Shown here piece after piece: positions 1 through 12,960 of a stretch of 64,000 nucleotides of DNA (positions are counted from its first letter, which is position 1; every line of letters begins with the position of its first letter). The stretch lies in assembly GCA_965153285.1 (NCBI GenBank), contig OZ229114.1; one strand, written 5' to 3'. Both the position numbers and the translations under genes were made by a program. Under the pieces are notes generated by a model. It saw nothing but the letters and a program-made list of their open reading frames with translations, had not been told where the DNA came from and searched no databases. Origin of the DNA: Podarcis tiliguerta. Lineage: Eukaryota.

Positions 1-29
1 CGAAAAGACTCGCGGAACGGATTCTTTTG

Positions 30-490
30 GTGCCCAGAACTGGACACAGTATTCCAGGTGTGGTCTGACCAAGCCAGAATAGACTGATCTATTACTTCCC
101 TTGTCCTGGACATTATACTTCTGTTGGTAAGCCTAGAATAGCATTTGCTTTTTTCTGCTGCATCACACTATTGACACATGTTAAGCTTGTTGTCTACTAA
201 GACCCCTAGATCCTTTTCACATGTGCTACTGGTAAGCCATGTGTCCATCTGATATTTGTGTTATCTGATTATTCCTACCTAACTTTAGAACCTTACATTG
301 GTCCCTAGTGAATTTCATTCTGTTAGTCTGGGCCCAGTTCTCCAATTTGATAAGGTGATCCTGAATCCTGATTCTGTCTTCTGTGGCATTAGCTATGCTT
401 CCCAGTTTGGTGTCATCTGCAAATTTGATGAGAATCCTCTCCATTCCTTTGTCCAAATAGTTTATAAAGACTATGAACAATGGACTTAGG
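30..490 (-). mobile_element. CR1 LINE fragment (reverse transcriptase region)
   Basis: ORF 226-525 contains LIKFADDTKLG...IQDHLIKLENWA...MKF...CKVLKLG, typical of the CR1 RT C-terminal half; degenerate. Confidence 0.85.
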
Positions 491-1566
491 ACACTAATTT
501 GCTTCTGGACACTTATACAAGCCATGGTTTTAGCATCCTGCTATAAATGAATATTGATGGATTATAATGAATATTACTAGTAAAAAGATTGCAGATTCGA
601 ACAGATTCTCTGCAACAGATTAATCAGTAATTTGATTGCACATAAGCTAGTCCACCAATGAATACTATGTTTCACATTTCCTGCTTGAGAGAAGTCCCAT
701 TTTAGGGGTTAAGCGTGGGATGTTGTACCACTGAAATCTGACGTTAAGTGTACATGGCATAGTTTAACACACCTGGTATCTGCACCTGAGCAAGTTCAAC
801 ATATTTCTAAATCCTAGCACTTGTTGCTTAGGCTGCAATCTTAACCCTACTTACCTGAGAGTAAATCCCTTTAAATTCAATAGGACTTACTTCTGAATAG
901 GTATGATTAGGGTTGTGCTGCTAGTCAGGATTCTTGCATATTAATATTTATTCTTCATGTGCAATCACTTTCTTTAAATAGAAATAGACCTGAATTTTAT
1001 GCAGACAAATGTCCAACGTGAAATATCCCATTTTATTCTTCAATGAACTGTTCTGCAGACAATTTGAATTTTTTGTCGTTTTCTTATTATAAACCCTGCA
1101 TGTCTTAGGAACAATGTACGTGCCCTCCTATAACCTCTCCAGGGTGCAAAAGGTAACTTAATTATGAAGCTCTCCAAAATATTTGTAGAACGAGGTGGAA
1201 GATAATGAATCCCATCTAACTTCAGAAAGCCAGGCATTTCCCCCAGACACTAACTGTTTACAATTAGAAGCAAAACTGGTTTTAAATCTCTACAGACTGC
1301 AACTCCCAGGGCTTCTTTCTTACTCTGGAGCAGGCTCCTTGAAGACTGCTAGAAAGCCAGCTTTTCTGCAAAGCCATAATTCAAGTAACTGGTTCCATTC
1401 AGATAAATTTGTTGTAATGTGTTTTTATTTGAAATCTTTAGATCCTGGAACATAATATAAATATCAATTACTACATGTCCAAGACAAACTACAGATGGGC
1501 ATACTGATTTACATGGCTAGCTACTGTGACCCAATTACATTTTGCCTATTCCACACAACAACTATA

Positions 1567-1924
1567 AAGGTAAAGGTACCCCTGCCTGTACGGGCCAGTC
1601 TTGACAGACTCTAGGGTTGTGCGCCCATCTCACTTAAGAGGCCGAGGGCCAGCGCTGTCCGGAGACACTTCTGGGTCACGTGGCCAGCGTGACAAAGCTG
1701 CATCTGGCAAGCCAGCGCAGCACACGGAAACGCCGTTTACCTTCCCGCCAGTAAGCGGTCCCTATTTATCTACTTGCACCTGGGGGTGCTTTCGAACTGC
1801 TAGGTTGGCAGGCGGTGGGACCGAACGACGGGAGCGCACCCCGCCGTGGGGATTTGAACCGCCGACCTTTCGATCAGCAAGCCCTAGGCACTGAGGCTTT
1901 TACCCACAGCGCCACCCGGGTCCC
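1567..1924 (-). mobile_element. Sauria (Squam1-type) SINE, full length, with target-site duplication
   Basis: Minus strand starts GGGACCCGGGTGGCGCTGTGGG (tRNA-like head with A and B boxes) and ends in an (ACCTTT)n tail; TSD acacaacaactata at 1553-1566 and 1925-1938. Confidence 0.9.
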
Positions 1925-1944
1925 ACACAACAACTATATTATTC

Positions 1945-2150
1945 ACTAAATCTATATCCAACTTTTCCTCCAAGAATCTCAAGGCAAGGCAGATGGTTTC
2001 TACAGTTTTATGTTATCCTCACAACAACTCTGTGAGGTAGATTGGTCTTCAGTTATACTGACTGGTTTAAAATGCTTTATGGCTTAGCAGGGATTTGAAC
2101 CTGGATCTTCTCAAACCTAGTCCAACAATCATCTCACCCCACAGTGTCTC
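1945..2150 (-). mobile_element. Squam3/MIR-like tRNA SINE, degenerate
   Basis: atcctcacaacaactctgtgaggtag core and gggatttgaacc B-box (reverse). Confidence 0.6.
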
Positions 2151-2649
2151 AATACACTGTTGAAGACAACTAATTAAGAAGTCACACCAAATCTCATTTT
2201 CAGGGGAATGGTGAAACAGTGAGACAAATTTCAAAATTGTAATATGCGTCTGCTAGATTTGATTCCTCATCTGATTAGTTGGGCCTTTCTAATTTTTTAT
2301 GCTAAGATTATAGTCTTACAGATAATGTACTTATTATAATAAAATCATTCTGCAATTAATTGAATCTTCAAGTAATTCTATTTAAAATAAACAATGACTC
2401 TGATCCCCAGTGTGCCCTGAGGTGACCCACAAGACCACGACAAAAAATAGAGAAAAAAGTTAGGCATCTTCCAGACCAAACAATGATACACCCTGAATCA
2501 CCCTCAACTTCTGCATTCTGATGCAGGATGGGGTGAAGAGTGGAGTGAGCCATTGGTAAGGGTCTTCCAAACAGAAGACATTTTGAAAGTATCAGTCAGG
2601 AACAACAGCACTCCAACTGACAAAGTTCTCAGTAACAGAGCATGTGGCA

Positions 2650-2990
2650 ACCTAAATGGCCTCGACCCAGTATTACCTGAAGGAGCATCTCTACCCCCAT
2701 CCCTTAGTCTGGACACTGAGGTCCTCCTTTGAGGGTCTTCTCCTAGTTCCCTCACTGTGAGAAGCGAAGTTACAGGGAACCAGGCAAAGGGCCTTCTCGG
2801 TAGTGGCACCCTCCCGGTGGAATGCCCTCTCTTCAGATGTCAAGGAGATAAATAATTACACAACTTAAATAAACAGTATTCTTTTTTTTAAGACTTACAC
2901 AACTTTTAGAAGACATCTGAAAGCACTCCTGTATCAGGGTTTTTTTTTTTGATGTTGTTGCTTTTATTATGTTTTCAGATATTCTGTGAA
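2650..2990 (+). mobile_element. L2-clade LINE 3' end
   Basis: Encodes RAFSVVAPSRWNAL, matching the L2 ORF2 C-terminal RAFSxxAPxLWNxLP motif. Confidence 0.7.
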
Positions 2991-4452
2991 TATTATTATT
3001 ATTATTAGAGGAAATAGATGCATGATTTTTTCCTCCATAAAGTAGAGAGAAACTGTCTGTGAGGTAAACAAGCAGGTTAGATCCAGTTATGGCCACAGGA
3101 AGGATGCTCCTATCATCCACTGACTGAAGAAGGGGTGGGGAAGAACTTTTTGCCAATTCCCCATTCAAATATATTCAAGAGGGTTGCAGATCCCTCTGAA
3201 CAGTTGGGAGGGCACTACAGGCAGGAAAGGAGAACTATCAAAAATCACCTCTCCCATTATGAAAGTCTCTGTTGGACCAAAATTCCTTCCATTCATAGAA
3301 AGCAAGCCTGTGAGCAGAAAGTCATTACTGGGTCTAGCCCGGCATTGTTAGACTATTTCAGTAAAGTAAAGGCATAACATAATGAGCAGCAGACTTGTAA
3401 TTTTAAAAATATATATATAGAGCAAGTTTGATTCAAGTGGATAGTATTGATACTCCTGCTTTTTTTTTTAACATATGGATAACTAAAGAGAGCATGCAAT
3501 GTGACGGTATTCATCATAGCTTGTTTGACAAAGTGAATATTTCAACATGTCTAGATTTAAATGTGCAATCCTAACCCCCAGATACACCAGGTGGGAGAGA
3601 TTGGGATGAGACATAACTCTCCACTTGCTGACTGCACACTTTGGCCAGTGCACATTACTTACCCTGGCGTATCTACTAACTCTGGCAAAGGGAGAGCCCT
3701 ATTGAGGCAAACTAAGCTACCAGAATTAAAGGACAAAATAGTGTATGTTAAGGGTGGGGATGGATGTCTTGAACAGAGAGATAAAAAAAGTTACATGGTG
3801 TCCTAATTTCATTCATTCATTTGTCCCACGCACAGAATTTGCTTTAATTTATACCACCAAAAATGCAACTGTAATTACTAGAGGTAGGGAAAGGTCAGAA
3901 AATGAAGGTTTATACTGGACACCCAAACTTTGGCTGTGCCACCCTAGCCAGCAGCAGTTAGGGTGCAATTCAACTTACATAATATATACATCAGAGTGTC
4001 TGTTTCCTGGAAATCCTTGCATATAGGCCTAGTTAGGATTGCTCAATAAGTGTACCAACTATGCATTCTCTGGGAATTCCACTTCCCATTCGATTTGTTT
4101 GCAGAGCAATTGAAAACTGTTCATGCAATTAATACAAATTAGCTTTATATCCAAATTTCAGGAATAAAAATAAAAGCTCAAAATTAAGAAGTCAAACTAA
4201 TTCCTTTTGCAGAATTATGTAACATGGAATTTAATACATGACTATTTCAAAGGGTATCATATTTACATATTTGAGATGTTAGCTACTATTTCAACTAACA
4301 GATTAAACTATTCCCTTTGAAGTGTAAGCTATGTATGGTTAATAAGCATTAGAAATGAAATCTTCAGCATTTCATTGGTTTATTAATATTCTACTTTAAG
4401 ATGAACAAAACTATGGCTTACCAGCAAAAATGTAATGTTTGTCTCAAACACT

Positions 4453-4550
4453 GTTGTGTGAAATGTTTCAGTGGTGCAGGAAGGTAGGATGTAAGTTTTA
4501 AAGTAAACTTACACCCTACCTTCCTGCACCACTGAAACATTTCACACAAC
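4453..4550. repeat. Near-perfect inverted repeat (46-bp arms, 6-nt spacer)
   Basis: 4453-4498 is the reverse complement of 4505-4550 except 4489/4514. Confidence 0.95.
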
Positions 4551-5549
4551 TGAAACCTTCTGTAGTATTAAGTTTCAGTTAATTCTAAAGTAGACACCTG
4601 CGTTCTGAGAACATGTGAAATTTACTTTAATACTGAGTATATTAGAAACTAGAAAGCTACAGGCTTTATAACAAATGTTTATATACACACTTTTATAACA
4701 AACGCATGTATGTCAAGTAGTACATGACAGGAATGTTGTCTGAGCATGATCCTACTCACACACTGGCCCTACTCACACAATGAGTATTTTTGAAAATTGT
4801 GGAATCATGACTTCTTGATAAAATAAGTTAGCAAGTACTTATTCAACGTAAGAGTGTAACTGGTAAGAAATCTGATCCTAACGAATTTCTGGAACTTGCA
4901 TTGAATTTCTCAGTGCATATGCTGTTCTAACATTTAAAAAATGCAAAAGTAGTATTCTTTCCTAACATATTCATAAGGTTCCTGCACGATGGAAATATAT
5001 ATTTAATATGTTTGCATTGTTAATACATCTTATTGGCTCTTAAACTAACAACTGACAGCAAAAGTGCAATCCTATGCATGCTTATTCAAATTAGGTCCCA
5101 TTGTACTCAATTGAGCTTTTGCCAAATAGTGCACTCGGGAACACAGCCTGACCTTGTTCTTACAGTTATAGGTGCTACTTGTTTTGCTTAAATCGAATGC
5201 TACTTGAAACCCTGCATGTTTGTACACCAAGAAGTTACACTCCCAAATAATTATATGAAGCATGTATTTATCATCTACCTAGCATACGTTGAAGGTCCCT
5301 AAAGCGTCCTACACATCTACAAGTGATTGACCCTTACAACACCCCTGTAAGGTAGCCTGTCATAATCAGACCACCACCCTTTACAAACGAGGAGATGAGG
5401 TTGGTAAGGCGGCGTTGATCTTAGGGACACCTAGCGAGTGAGCGGCTGAGGTGCGCTCTGAATGGAAAGGGTCCCAAAGCGCCGATCCCCCCCACAGCTG
5501 CTACCCTACACCCAAGGCACTCTTCAGCTACTCTTGTGGATCTTAGGGC

Positions 5550-6190
5550 GAGGCCGAAATTGCTTATTGCGCCCGAAACAGCAGGGCAGAAGGATGGTCG
5601 GCTTTCCCCTACCGGGCTTCGACTGGAGACTTTGCGGCTCTTTTCAAACTTTCGCTCCTAACCCCACGCCGGCCTCTCTCCCGCTCTCCTCACAACGTCC
5701 TCCTCCTGCCCCGGCTTTCAGCCACAGGCCCCTCCGCCGCCAATAGCGTAACAGCGGCATCTCTCGCGGCCTAAAGATGGCGGAAGCCGCGGCGGTCTTC
5801 CGGGTCGCCGGGGTTCCTTCCCTCCCGCACCCCCGTCTCCCCACCGCCTCAAAGAGGAAAAACTTACAAAGCAGCCGCTCACAGAGCCCCGTACGCGGGG
5901 CCCAAAAACCTAGCGCTCGCCTATCCCGGAAGCTGCTGCCTCACGAGCCGTCGCCACCATCCGCCATCTTCCCCACCAGCGACCGGAGGCGGTGCACATG
6001 AACGACGTCATCGCGCGCGCGCGCGCGGAGGGGACCAGCCAAAGGGAGGGAGGAGAGCGAAGGCGCTGAGCATGCGCGTACTCCTTCTGAATAAGTGACG
6101 ACATCTTCTTCCGACGGGTTTCCGGCTGCTGTGGCGGAACGGGAAGGGCTTACCATGGAAAACAGGCCGGGGAGCGGGAGCAGCAGTTTA
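5550..6190 (-). promoter_or_regulatory. WDR33: CpG-island promoter and non-coding first exon, probably WDR33 (candidate donor TTT|GTAAGT, exon end 5868)
   Basis: CpG-rich; YY1-type AAGATGGCGG at 5774-5783 (+) and 5961-5970 (-); NRF1-like GAGCATGCGC ~6068-6077. Gene name rests only on the known WDR33-POLR2D-AMMECR1L-SAP130 synteny; no WDR33 coding sequence is in the window. Confidence 0.6.
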
Positions 6191-7086
6191 AACCCTTATT
6201 AGACTTCCAAAAAGGTCTCCAAATAGTGGTGATTCTTTGACTTTAAGAAGGATTGTTTCTGTGCTGATTATAGTCCAGAAGAGGAGTGAGAAAAGGAGTG
6301 TTCCAGCCCCAGCCAGCATGGACAATGGCCAGGGATGGTGGAAGTTGGAGCCCAATGACACCTGACCACAGGCACCCCTCCCTTGTTCTCCTGGCAGGAA
6401 AAACCAAGATTGGGGCTGCAGAGAGAAGAGAGAAAGCAAACCCTACACGTACATAAAGAGGTTTTTAAAGAGGAGAGGATTGTATGGTGCAATAAAAAAA
6501 AGCCCACAAAGTAGTTTACGAAGAATTAATGAGTTATCTCAGTCATCACAAGAAATCAAGATATTACCTCAATAGTTTTCTATCTCCATCTCTAATGCAG
6601 TCAGTAGACTTAGGCAAGCCTAATCATTCCATAGGTTTGGGATGTAAAAATACAAGATGGGAAGGAAGGCCAATTTGCACAATTTTCTGCAGCAGATAAA
6701 AACTAGGGGGTTAAGGAACCAATCCTAACCATAGCAAGTAAAAAGGTAGACAGCAAGACAGCTTAAAGGGCCATAGGTAGCCAGTGCAAATGGAGGTGAA
6801 GTATCAAGACCACACTGCTCATGGAAACTTGGTGTGTATTGCCAATGGAGTGAGACAGGGTGGTGCAAGGTTGCCACATCCTAAGTCTCTTTGTATCCCT
6901 TATATATGCTCCAGTAACGAGCACAAATCTACACCAGCCCTTGGTTTGTCTTCTATTGCAGTCAAAGCAAAACTAATCCCCGCTTTCCATGGCAATAAAA
7001 AGATGTGCTTCCTACTCTGTCAGTTGGTAATAGCTTCTGCACAAGATAATTTAAAAGCCTCAGCTTGGTATGGCTGGGAACTAATG

Positions 7087-7299
7087 CAGAGCTTTCCAAA
7101 CCTTTCATGTTGGTGACACACTTTTTATACAATCATTTCATGACACAGTAATTCAGTTTTACTAGCAAACCGGAGGTTAAACTAACCCCTTATAAGAGAT
7201 ACGGAAACATACATAAAATTAATAATGAAATGTATAGGGACATACCTACACACTGCAGCTGGCACACTAATGTGTAACAACACAGTTTGGAAAGGGAAC
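7087..7299. mobile_element. hAT-like non-autonomous DNA element
   Basis: Terminal inverted repeat CTTTCCAAAC ... GTTTGGAAAG, starts with CAG. Confidence 0.5.
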
Positions 7300-9151
7300 T
7301 AAGGGAACAGAAAGCATCTCCAAAAGGGCAAAAGAATCTGGCCACTAGAAGTGTGGTATAAAGTAGCTCACGTTCTCCAAATTTAGTTTAATATTTGCAT
7401 TGGAATAGCCCAGAGGGTTTATTCCCCCCCCCCCAACTTTTACTAATAGATGTGGAAAAGGTAGAATCCAAGTAGTTTAGGATTTTATGTTTACAAATCA
7501 TTATGCAGAACAATTGGGCAGCCCCCTCAACCTTAAATATTTCAAGCACAAGACAAAAAGCTTATGGAAGCTGTTATGACTGGTGGTATTGCATGAGTAG
7601 TTTTCAAGCAAGATTCAACGGGGGGGGGGGGGGAATTCAATGTGATTCTCAGTGGATTGAGATCAGACCGAATTTTACAAGGTTTTACGTCTTTTTTAAA
7701 AAAATCTTGACACTCCAATCTTGACACTCCTTGACAAATTAAATGCTAGGTTTTTGGTACAAAAACAAGTGGTTTCATATATAAGCTTTTCCAGTGTAAT
7801 CATTCCACTGCTGCAGCTTGTGAGTGATGATTATTGATTACTGTCTAGCAGAAAGAAAAAGCTAATCAAGATGTATCAGATTGCTTCAACTTGTTTGCTT
7901 CTGTACACACTGATATTTTTTACTAAATGCTGAGGTTATGACTCCTGACTTTCGCCTGTTTTATTCACTTGGTCAGGTTTGAGTAAAGAGACTAGTTCAG
8001 CAAACCTTTAACAGCTTATTGCTGTATTTTAATGTTTTAATGCTTGTAGGCTACTGTTATTGGGTGGCATATAAATGCTGTTAATAAATAAAAGTAATGA
8101 ATAAATAAAATAACATTAGAAGTGATTCTGCAGGTGGAGGGAATGGAGTAAGCCGATTCATTCCTCAGTCACTGTTGCCAGCTGGATGAGGGACATCTTA
8201 TCATTTATGACAGCTGACTGACGTATTGTAACATGCAATTTCTGTAGCATTAGTGCATTTCAGCCTAAGTGTAGGGCATGGATCATGTTTCTACCTTTAT
8301 GAGCCCCATGGTTCTGCCAGCAGTTTCCTTTCACACCACAAAACTAAGAAGTGCTACTTATGGTAGCTCATTCACCCAGTTTGACATTTCCGGTCACACT
8401 TCCCAAAACACAAAAGTATTATTTTTTTCTCTCTCCGACATACAAACATTGTATGTGCAATTATTGTTTATAGCAACGTATGTATACAATAAATAACTTT
8501 ACATCAATTTACCAACATACAGCAAAAATATTATATTCAGTTTAATAATCCAACAAATTCCTTCAGCTCCTTGTGTTCATCCACCCCTTGCAGATTATTT
8601 CCTCAAGACAACAGGACTCTTGTATAAACAATGAGTGAATGAGAACATTCACAAATCACAGACCCCTCATTAGAAATACTATACTTTAATTCACAAACAA
8701 TTGTACAAAATTATTGTTGAAAAGAAAAACTCAGGCTTTTGATCAAAAAACCACACAAATTTATCTATCCTGATTCTACTATTACAATTCTCAAAATATA
8801 ATAGGAAAAGTTTCTCCTATCTTGGGCCACATATGTTCATTCTGTCTGCCCCATAAACATTTTGTATATTCCCAGGAGGAAGACAAAGTTTGGAAACAAA
8901 TATTAAACTAATCAAGGCAAACTTTTCAGAGTTCTGTGGCTCATGCCACATTAGTCTTGCCAACTCTCTCAACATTCAACAAGTCCAAAGAGCTAAGAAA
9001 CCCTTTTTAAAAGCATGTCATCACCCTACATCAGCTTCTCTTTTCTATTGAGAGATAGTCAGGACTGGTCCAAAGATGTATAGAAACAAATGGAACATTC
9101 TTAGATTTCTCTTTTTCCATGTTCAGAGTTTGGAGGGTCTGGTTGTTCCTT

Positions 9152-9328
<177 letters not shown>

Positions 9329-9788
9329 TTAAGTTGCATGGTGAGGGGGAGTGTTAAGAGCACAGGGCTCATATCTGATTTGATTATGGTCCGGAGGATT
9401 GTCTCAGTGTAGCCAATGGCAGGTAAGATTTCTGCAAATGTGGGTTGTACTTTTAGGCATTATCCTACAAAGGTAAAGCTATAAATTACATTTAAAAAAG
9501 AAATAAGAACAAAACATAGTAGCAGCAATTATTTAAAAAAGATAACGAGTTTTTAAAAGACAGTTGAGCTAAATAGGCAGCAGGCCACTTCTTCAAGCAT
9601 CAGGGCTTCAAGAGATGCTTGATCATGGTCAAAATAATAGGCAGTCAATTGAAAATATATTGACCAGTTAAGTGGCTGGTATGCTAACCTTAAATCCAAC
9701 TGTAGAACCATTACTCTGACTTTTTAGTTGTTCATGCTTTACAAACCCTTTGGAACATGAAGTGAATCCTTTCACCTGGGGTGACTCA

Positions 9789-9980
<192 letters not shown>

Positions 9981-9998
9981 TTAGGGATTTATTTTTAT

Positions 9999-10133
9999 CA
10001 GGCATAGGCAAACTTGGCCCTCCAGATGTTTTGGGACTACAACTCCCGTCATTCCTGATCACTGGTCCTGTTAGCTAAGGATGATGGGAGTTGTAGCCCA
10101 AAACATCTGGAGGGCCAGGTTTGCCTATGCCTG
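9999..10133. mobile_element. Palindromic hAT-like MITE
   Basis: TIR CAGGCATAGGCAAAC / GTTTGCCTATGCCTG with extended internal palindrome. Confidence 0.85.
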
Positions 10134-10653
10134 GTATATATAGTCTATGAAAAGATCACACAAAAGTATCACAAAAATACTAAAAGTAAATACATGGCTT
10201 TATATTGTAACATGCTTCAAAGAAAAAGTAACAGTAGCTTACTATTTACTCCACCAAAATTAGTATTCCTAGATAGATCACTTTAACTGAAAGTTGCTTC
10301 TTTAACAAATCTGGTTAGGATTTCAGAAGGATGGCATTCCCATCAACAAGAGGGAACCCACTAGATTTCCAAATGTTTCTGTCAATTCACACTGCTTTTA
10401 ATAAATGTAAGTAAGTGCCAACTCTACATCTATTTAGGCAGCAATTCTGTTCCCACATACCTTTGAGTAAGCCCCATTGAACTCAATGGGACTTACTTCT
10501 GAGGAAATATACAGAATTACATGGTTATTGTTCCAAAAGGCAAAGAAGAAACTGCTTGGACAAGTGTCAACCCATTGCCTATAACAACTTTGAAACATAG
10601 GGTTTATCTGAGTGCTTTGACATAAAATAATAATTTATTTGAAAAATTATTCA

Positions 10654-10935
<282 letters not shown>

Positions 10936-11370
10936 TCAGGTGGTGGGTAAAGAATACTATTTTTGAATGATCTGACACATAAATCCCACTCACTCAATTG
11001 AGAAAACATATGAAAGAAAGATTCTAGATGAATCCTCTCTTTGCTGTACCTGTGGGAGCATTAAAACATGTGACTGAAGTGGTACCATTTATTCTACTAC
11101 CCCATATTAAGATCCAGTTATACACAGATTATACCTCTTGATGTAAAAACAATAATAATTATCTGGCCCATCCTACCAAATTTACAAAAAGGAGATCATT
11201 CTCCAGCTCAATTATTTGTGCAATACAGTCACATGCTTCTCCAGAATACTTCAACACACTTGTAAATGTGAAAATATTTCCAAAGTACTAGCACATATAA
11301 AACTTGAATCTTAAAAAAGATTGCTTTGGAACACAGAAGGCATCCTATGCTGCTTTGAAAGACAAAAAGC

Positions 11371-11403
11371 AAACAAAACAAACAAACAAACAAACAAACA
11401 AAC
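11371..11403. repeat. (AAAC)n microsatellite
   Basis: Read directly from the sequence. Confidence 0.9.
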
Positions 11404-11699
11404 ATACTGTTTTGTTGCTTGCTCAAGGCAGCTGTTCTGAGAGTGTGAACTATAAACCAACAATCAAAGTAACTGCATGGCATGGACCCCAGAAACAGAG
11501 CCATATATTTATCTACAGTTTATATAACAATTGTATATGTAGCATACAACAGAATACTAAACAGCCTCCCATCCAGGGAAGGGCCAGAGATGCTCAACTT
11601 CAAAACTGCTGCACCACTTGCCTCGGATAACAGGAACGGAGAGAAGACTCACATTAAACGCACATTCGCACCGTGCATTTAAAACCAGTATGGTGCCAC

Positions 11700-11935
11700 G
11701 TTAAGCAGACAGGGCTTCCCGCAAACAATTCTGGGAGCTGTAGTTTTTCTAAGGGCGTCGAGACCCTTATTCCCCCATCCAGAGCCACCATTTCCAGAGT
11801 TCCCTGTGAAGAACTGTTGGTTAAAATCACTCCGAAACCGTAGCTCCGTGAGGCGAAATAGGGGTGTCTCCTAACCAGTCTAATTACCCTTAACAAACCA
11901 CAGCTCCCCGAATTATTTGGCGGCGGGGAACCATT
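11700..11935. mobile_element. Palindromic MITE-like repeat in POLR2D intron 1
   Basis: ctgggagctgtagtttttctaaggg ... cccttaacaaaccacagctcccc inverted arms. Confidence 0.55.
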
Positions 11936-12159
11936 ATTATTATTATTATTATTAAAGCGGTACCATGTCGCTTTCAACGTATGGTGCGAGTGAGGCTAGC
12001 GATACACGAGCGCTTTTTACAGCCAAGAATGAGGAATGTTGCTCCCCTCCAGGCAAGGCTCCTGCTGCCTCTTTGCTCCCTCACAAGCCGAGGTCTCCTC
12101 CGGGACAAGGCCGGGAGCACCTCGCGTCTCCTGCGCCCCCCGAGGGCCCAGCCGCTCAC

Positions 12160-12226
12160 CCTTGGGAAATAAGAGCTGGGAAGCATCCTCCTCCACATCC
12201 ACAGCATCGGCGCCTCCGGCCGCCAT
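12160..12226 (-). CDS. POLR2D: POLR2D exon 1 (start)
   Basis: MAAGGADAVDVEEDASQLLFPK, donor G|GTGAG; four exons sum to 423 nt = 140 aa + stop. Confidence 0.97.
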
Positions 12227-12960
12227 CGCCTCAGCCAGCCCCGGAAAACCGAAGCGCTTGGCCGGCCGGAAAAGGAAAGGAGGAGGCCTGAGCAGGTGCC
12301 CGCGACGCCCTCTGGCGGGGGAAGAGCCGGCCCGGATGCCGCCTCGGCTTGTGCTGAAGGAAAGAGAGAGAAAGGAAGAAAAGTGTGTCGGGCTATATTG
12401 AACATGGTGTGTTCTCTCTCTGGAGCTGCTTCGCGGAGGAGAGCGATAGGGTCGCGCAGCCTCAAAGCGCCCGCTCCCAGCGTTGCCCTGGGCACCCTTA
12501 CTCCGAAGTAAATGCCATCACGTTCAGAACGGCTTACTCCCCAGCAAGTGTGTTCAGGATTGCGAAGCGTGAATCCAGTGGGGTTTACACGGTTCCCGCG
12601 ATTGTTAGCAAGATCCTGTCAGTAAATGAATCCAGACCCGACAGACAAAGCCCGATCGCCCGCCCTCATAATTTTTTTTTTTTTAAATTGTATATATTTA
12701 GTGCTCCTCACAAGGGAAGCAGGTTTCTAGGCCAGGAAGCAACGCAGAGCTGAAACCCTGCTGAAGCGTCTGGAGTTCCCAAAGTCTGCAGGCTAGGAAA
12801 TGGGGCAGCCCCCCAAAGGCGCTTAAAGCCACGACGGGTAATGAGCAGCCCTCGAGGTATCGGACTGCACTCCTCTCAAGCGCAGCCGCCATGGCCGATA
12901 GTCAGGGGTTATAGGAGTCCTGCAATATGGGGCGTGTTGTGTGCTCACGGCCCCCATCCC
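12227..12960 (-). promoter_or_regulatory. POLR2D CpG-island promoter/5'UTR
   Basis: CpG-rich; CCGGAA ETS-type cores at ~12241 and ~12266. Confidence 0.75.

Noticed and set aside
1601-1894. Recurrent ~70-97-aa ORFs (also at 29907-30198, 42558-43106, 52960-53226)
   Set aside because: Translations of Sauria SINE copies, not a gene family
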